Shown here piece by piece: positions 58,012 through 64,000 of a DNA stretch of 64,000 nt. A program made the position numbers and the translations under genes. This stretch comes from Amoebidium appalachense (taxonomy: Eukaryota > Protista > Ichthyosporea): NCBI GenBank assembly GCA_963693365.1, contig CAVNZM010000001.1, forward strand, positions 9,626,907-9,690,906, read 5' to 3'. The notes under the pieces were generated by a model that saw only the letters and a list, made by a program, of their open reading frames with translations, searched no databases and was not told the DNA's origin. Each line of letters starts with the position of its first letter. Position 1 is the first letter of the stretch.

Positions 58012-60200
58012 TCCGGAGAAGGGAAAGGTTCCCGGAAAAGGGGAAAAAAATAAAAAAAAATAAAAAAAAAGGGGGGGGGGGGGGGGGGGGGGGGGGGGGA
58101 ATTGCTTGGAACAACCGTTACGGTAGCGCTATTAAAGGCAGGCATACGCCTGTACGTGGAGGAACAGGGGAGAAAGGAATAATAATTATTGTGTCTTTAG
58201 CCTAGTAGGCCTTTTTTTTTTTTATAATGACTTTATTGATCATGATATGCTCATGAAAAGAGATTAGTAGGCCTGAGGACAATTTATTGTAACTTATATT
58301 AGTTAGAACTATAGCGAGGACCGTGATCGAATTATCGAGCACTTTCACTGTGTTTCCATTGAAAGGGTGCATTCTAGACATGTGCAGCCCACGTGCGCGT
58401 GCAATCTTTTTTGTACCTACAGTTAATCAGTTATAGGCCTACACTTTTGTGTTCATGGAGTTATTGGAGTATCGGAGGTAGTGGGAATGCAGGAAGTATT
58501 TGACAAGCGTTGCTTAGCTTGGAAATGGAGCCTACGCCAGGTACGATTGTATACGTGACGGGGTGAGCATGCATTGCGAAATCGGCCCCCTTTTTCCAAG
58601 CTGTATACATTTAGATAAATTTCATACAAATGTAAGCAAATATAGATTACTTTTAGGTCAGCGACATACTATACATATGTAAGAATGCTGGTGTATGCTT
58701 ATCACCAAAGACACCAATCCGCAAAGTACATGTCCATTCGTCAATTCACTCCCGGGCCAAATCTGTTCAGCACGCATTCCAATGGTATTAAAAATGCATA
58801 CCAGAATTCAAAAACATTACGTCTGGCATATGTAGGCGCTCTGATAACAGTACACAAATGGGGAAAAATACAGCATTCGAAAATTTTATGTTTTTGTAGG
58901 TGGTGTTATTGCGATACTTGGCCATTTTCCTGCATAAAATTATGAAAGGCCAACCTGTAGCTGGTTCCCAGGCTCACGTGACTCTTGGCGCTGTTCCCAC
59001 AATTTCCCTGTCATTCCAGCCAGATAAAAACAATTGAATGCTTAGAATACATAAACTTTACTATGTAGTATACTTAGGATTCATGTATCCCAGCCTTACG
59101 TGCATATAGCTTCGTGTATACTAGAGATTTTAAGAATGTAAGGATCAATAAAAAACATATAGCCTCAGCAAATTGATAAAGATTTGAATGTACTGAGCCT
59201 CAATTTCAAATTGGTTTACATTCCGGAGTCCCCCGAAACTGATTGGAGTGCCTGTATATGATGTATCATATCTCAACCGCTAGCGCTACATGTACAAGCC
59301 CCCTTAAGGAGACTCTCTTCATCACACAATCACAATTTATCATTTTAATACGTAGTAAGAGTATCTACTGCAATAAAGCCACCCTTTCATAGGTAAATCA
59401 AACATGCATATAAATGTAAACAGTTGTTGTGGCCGAGTGTCCGGGAGCGTTCACTTCGATTCCCACTCTTTGGTCTGCCATTGCCAGCACGCGTACGCGT
59501 ACGGCACGTGCACCGTTGGCTATGGACAGCGAATTCCTCGATACAGCGCCACCAACGCCCATGCATGAAGGCATGCGGACCACATGTTGACAACAGGATG
59601 ACAGGCAGGCGTGCACAGTGACTGTCTCTGTAGATCTGGCTGTAGGACGTAGGGCACTTGGCAAGCTCAGCTTGTCAGCCTACTAATATAGGCCTGGCTT
59701 CAAAAGAAATTTTCACGCCATCGTCCTGTCTGTGCCCCGGGCATACCGGTACCGTCGTAAGATTGCGGGTGAAGTTTCGTTCAGTCAAGGTGAACTAACT
59801 TAGACTCGCGATCGGTGTGTGCCCTGCAGCAGTCTGGCAGGCCACGGTGGTGCAATAATTGCCATGTGTGCACGTTAAACTCTTTCTCCTGGTGAGCACT
59901 CTTGTTTCATTTTTTTTTTTTTGTAAGTAATGCCAAGTTGCCTATCTCATTCACATACGCACAAGCTCCCCTACGTATACTGATGCTAGTGGCAGCCGAA
60001 TTCGCGGAGCTCGCTGGGTTGAAACACCGGCTCCATGACCAAAAAAAAAAAAAATCAGAGTTACTGTATTGCTAAATCTTTGATAATCCGGGCATCGATA
60101 TTATTATTTTCAAGCTTATCACACCGGCTGACGTGTGACATTAACACCCGGTCACGTTATCGGGAACTTTCTCGGAGTTGTGGTACCGTATTACAAAAAC

Positions 60201-62479
60201 ATGGTGCTACAGACGCCCTCCTTTGGAAAGGGGATTTTCCCCACAGCCCCTCTACTTCTTTTCGGCCTTCTTCTTCAAGCAGTGACCCTTGTTTCTTGCG
60301 CCGACATCTACCTTCTTCCAGGCACAAACGTACTCGCAAATGCCGCAAACTCTCCAACCCTTCAAAAAGGCGATACGCTGCATTTGTCTGCCGTAGCATA
60401 CTCGGAAAAGTGCAGCCGTTGTATTCCCTACTGGCATCAGCATTAAAGGTGCAGGGGAAAACACCACCACAATAGTTGAGGGGTCAGGGACAGGAAATGT
60501 GCCCCAGGGTGTTGGGTTGCGCATTTTGGGTGGGTTGGAATTCAGCGTCGGTGGGGTGTCCATTGCGGCCGCATCTGCCCCGAGTACTGTGTGCAAGTTT
60601 GCGACCCCCCTGCCCCTGCAGGCAAATGTGTCTGTGGAGATCGACAGCGCAACCATCACAAACAACACCGTAAGCATACACATGGGTGAGTGACCCAACT
60701 TTTTTAAAGAACGATTGTTATATGATTTTAACTGACTGTGACCGTGGCTCCATTAGTGGAAGTTTCATGAAATTTAAATATATAAATTAATTGAAATTTG
60801 GCGTTTTTTGTTTTTATAAAAGAAGACGCATGCAATACTCAGCAGCAATGCAATCATTAATATCACTGCAGCACTTCTGTTCCGTCGAACACCAATCGCG
60901 ATGGGGTGAGGAGCCTCCCTGACGTTCGAGGCCTTTGGAAGTGAAGAAAAACTAAAGACATTTTGGTCCCTGGATTTTTTTGAAAAAAAATAAGATAAAG
61001 AAAAATCGGCATCATAGTTACTACACTCCGAGAGTCTGCATGTTGTAAACCATATATGCGGACACCATCTATTTGTTACACTATGTCTCGGAGCTGAACT
61101 GCCACAGTACCGTAGGCTAGTTTCTAAATATTCTATATTTGCATTTTGAAAAGGTGAAGAAACATGTACTATCTATATTATATATATAACAGGTGACTCT
61201 TAAATAAGGAAAACTGAGTTAGCAGGTGATGTGAGCATTAGAAATGTCACACCCGGATAGGGGAAACTTTTGTAAATACACATAGCGAAAATTTAGAGTG
61301 CAGTAATGGTTTGGAAGTTGGACTTGGCAGAGTCTGGCAGATATATTAATAATAACATATCACATTTTCCCGCAGATCTAAAGGCGTGGTACTCCACTCG
61401 CGTCCTGCATTTGTGGCATTTTCAAATTGCACATTTGAAAACGATGGGTTTGGGGGGAACGCGCTGATAAACCGCGCGCTGGACATCACCACAGACTGCA
61501 AGGGGCAGCTTTCCTTCGGCCTCGTTTTCAGTCGATTGGGAAATTGCGGCTTGACGCCTGAAAAATCCCCCCGTTTCGTTTCATACAGGCGGACGATAGA
61601 GTTGGGATTTACGGAGATAGTCAGTGGACAGACGATTTTGAAAATTCCCCTTCCGGACACTGTGCGCGCTGCAAATGCCATTGCCCCACTCCGAATTCAG
61701 GTGGATAGACAGAGGCAGGTGTCTGCGTCTATCACCGTCCAGTGGCTCGGAATGGCAAAATTACAAGCGGTTATCACAAATGTCACGCACAATGAAGCCA
61801 CACGGATCACCGATCTGGAGGTGGTGATGATCAGCCCTAATCCCATAACCATTGTCACTGGGTCGTCCGGGTCAACGAGTGGTGTGTCCACGGTCAGCCA
61901 ATCATTGAATGCCACGTCATGGCAGCTGTTGGATGCCGCATGCAACGCACTGCCCGGCAGCAAGCCCTGCACCCACAAACTGAAATTTACCCTCTCCGGA
62001 TGTCAGAGTAGAAACACCCCCCCCCCCCCCCCCACCCCCAATTCAAATCCGTATTTAACATTGTGGGTGGGTGTGCACGACGCGTGGGTGTGGGTGTGTG
62101 TGTGTGTGGGTGTGTGTGTGGGTGTGTGGAAGCATCGTTCCGCTCTCAGCAGTGTAGTAATCCATGCGGGTTCCGTCACAAAAGAGCCTCCGAGAAACAC
62201 CGGTGACTTAGTGAATCAGATACCGGTGACTTAGTGAATCAGATGCAAGTTCCCATGAAAAATGACTGTAGCAGCGCATGATGTTTCTAAGGCGGCATCT
62301 CAAGAGCTTCATGTTCACATCAACTCGAGTCAACTGTGTAGCATTAACCGTAGTACTGTTTACGCTGGCCGCAAATTATTCAAACCGACAGACACCTTTA
62401 TGGCATAAATGATTGCCTTTTTGCTTTTACACTGACATTCTAACCCCCTTCCCCCCATTCCTCCCTCCCCTCACTTCAC

Positions 62480-62523
<44 letters not shown>

Positions 62524-62719
62524 CACGGGCAGCTACCTGCTGACGTCACTGCCTCTGACCTGCCAGGCCACCGACTCCCTCGGCAATGCAGTCGTGTGCC
62601 CGCCTCTGCCGTCGGCTGTCAACGTGTCGCTATTTATAGACGCAAAGGACTTCTGTCTGCAGTCGAACAACAGCCTCGGCACACCCTTCAACGCAGACAT
62701 CAAGGCTTGGTGCGTGTGA

Positions 62720-62757
<38 letters not shown>

Positions 62758-64000
62758 CACAGTGTGTGTGTTTGCGGGTACGTGTATGAGGATGTGTGTA
62801 TGTGTGTGTGTGTGTGTGTGTGCATCTGGAACACTGTTTGTGCGTCCTTGTGTGCGTGCGAGTACGTATGTATGGGTGCTTGTATGTTTGCCGGTGGGAC
62901 ACGGTGCGTTTGTTGCATGTGCATTTGGCAACGGAATGAGGGAGTTGATGAGTGTGTGTGTGCCTGTGCGGTGCACACGCACACCTGTGTGCTTGTGTGC
63001 ACGCGGATAAAATCGAGTGCACTGATTAGTTTTTACCAGTCGTGTGCCCGCCTCTGCCGTCGGCTGTCACCGTGTCGCTATTTATAGACGCAAAGGACTT
63101 CTGTCTGCAGTCGAACAACAGCCTCGGCACACCCTTCAACGCAGACATCAAGGCTTGGTGCGTGTAGCCGTGTGTGTGTGTGTGTGTGTGTGTGACGGTG
63201 TGTGTGTGTGTGTGTGTGCCTGTGTGCGTGCGTGCGTCTGGCACACTGATTGTGTACGTGTATGGGTGCTTGTGCTTTTGTGGGTTGCCATTGCGTTTCT
63301 TGCATGTGTATTTGGCAACGGAATGAGGGAGTGGATGAGTGTGTGTGTGCCTGTGCGTGTGCACCCACACCTGCGTGCTTGTGTGCGCGCAGATAAAATT
63401 GAGCGCACTGATTAATATTTTATCATATATGATGCTCCCATTCCCGCCCATCTCTAAGAAATGGACATACAAAAAACATTGAGAAATGCTGACACAAATC
63501 CCGGCACTCAACAGTCTATCCTAACAAGTCCCCCTATACCCGCAGGAAGGACCCCGGCTTCACCGAACCCCTCAACACTTCGATCTCCATTGGAACCCCG
63601 TCTATTTCTCCATTGAAATTCTGCCGAGCGACCTGGGAATTGCACTTTCGAACGCAGAGATTATTAACGCTTACAGGGAGGGACAAGAAAGCCCCACCCC
63701 TCAAAATGCATCGGCAGTGTGTCCGGATTTACCCCTCAACGTTGCCAACCAGACATTTGTTACCCCCCAAACCCCTGGGGCTCTTCCGCAATTACGCCAC
63801 ATCGTGCAGACGCCATTTGAATTCTTGTGTAACCCCCCAACAGATAGAAGTAAAAATCCCCCCCGGGCCCGGCAATAAGATGATCACCAGTACATCATTC
63901 TTGGGCCGTCCCTCCCAAATCATCTTACACCAGGGCCAGGGGGGTCCATCAAACATGGTGTATTGGGAGTTGGCTTCCCAGGAGGGGACTTACTATTGCC
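60201..64000 (+). CDS. Secreted or cell-surface protein with a pectin-lyase-like beta-helix N-terminus; 3' incomplete; two apparent 1-bp homopolymer frameshifts
   Basis: Signal-like LLLFGLLLQAVTLVSCA. GDTLHLSAVAYSE/SAAVVFPTGISIKGAGENTTTI is restored by removing one A at 60406-60409. Exons are about 60201-60669/60685, a possible micro-exon near 60871-60905, 61377-62007, 62523-62709 and 63546 to the end, which is open after adding one C at 63596-63599. Many N-x-S/T sites. Confidence 0.65.
63040..63415 (+). repeat. Tandem duplicate of the 3' 118 bp of exon 62523-62709 and its following intron
   Basis: 63040-63157 equals 62592-62709 with one substitution. The copied intron portion is far more diverged. 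Confidence 0.9.

Overview
This is eukaryotic genomic DNA, extremely rich in microsatellites: poly-C/poly-G, (CA)n/(TG)n and (CT)n/(AG)n. Most of the supplied ORF track is therefore low-complexity noise. Reading splice sites by hand gives five intron-rich plus-strand host genes. They are the 3' part of an FCHo/SGIP1-type muniscin (3049-11031), a 6-exon ankyrin-repeat gene (13150-18601), an unknown Cys-rich repeat protein (about 22308-25019), a CNNM/DUF21-CBS metal transporter (46850-56254 or further) and a secreted beta-helix-like protein running off the right edge (60201-64000). There is also a candidate 54-aa membrane microprotein on the minus strand (28400-28564). The centre (29370-44887) is a triple-nested LTR retrotransposon stack with all three 5-bp TSDs intact: a decayed chromodomain Gypsy contains a Copia, which contains a very young chromodomain Gypsy. 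Each element landed in the integrase of its predecessor, in alternating orientation. Introns carry a Penelope-like RT fragment and a dispersed family of related modules ending in poly-C. These modules contain all three hammerhead-ribozyme core strands with covarying helices, but in a non-circularly permuted order; this is the most novel-looking signal. Other oddities are intronic partial exon copies with synonymous-biased divergence, (CA)n running directly into splice acceptors, a large stem-loop after the Gypsy gag stop codon, and non-canonical primer-binding sites. The animal-like muniscin motifs suggest a holozoan, possibly unicellular, but that is inference. All calls are by eye; no database searches were run.
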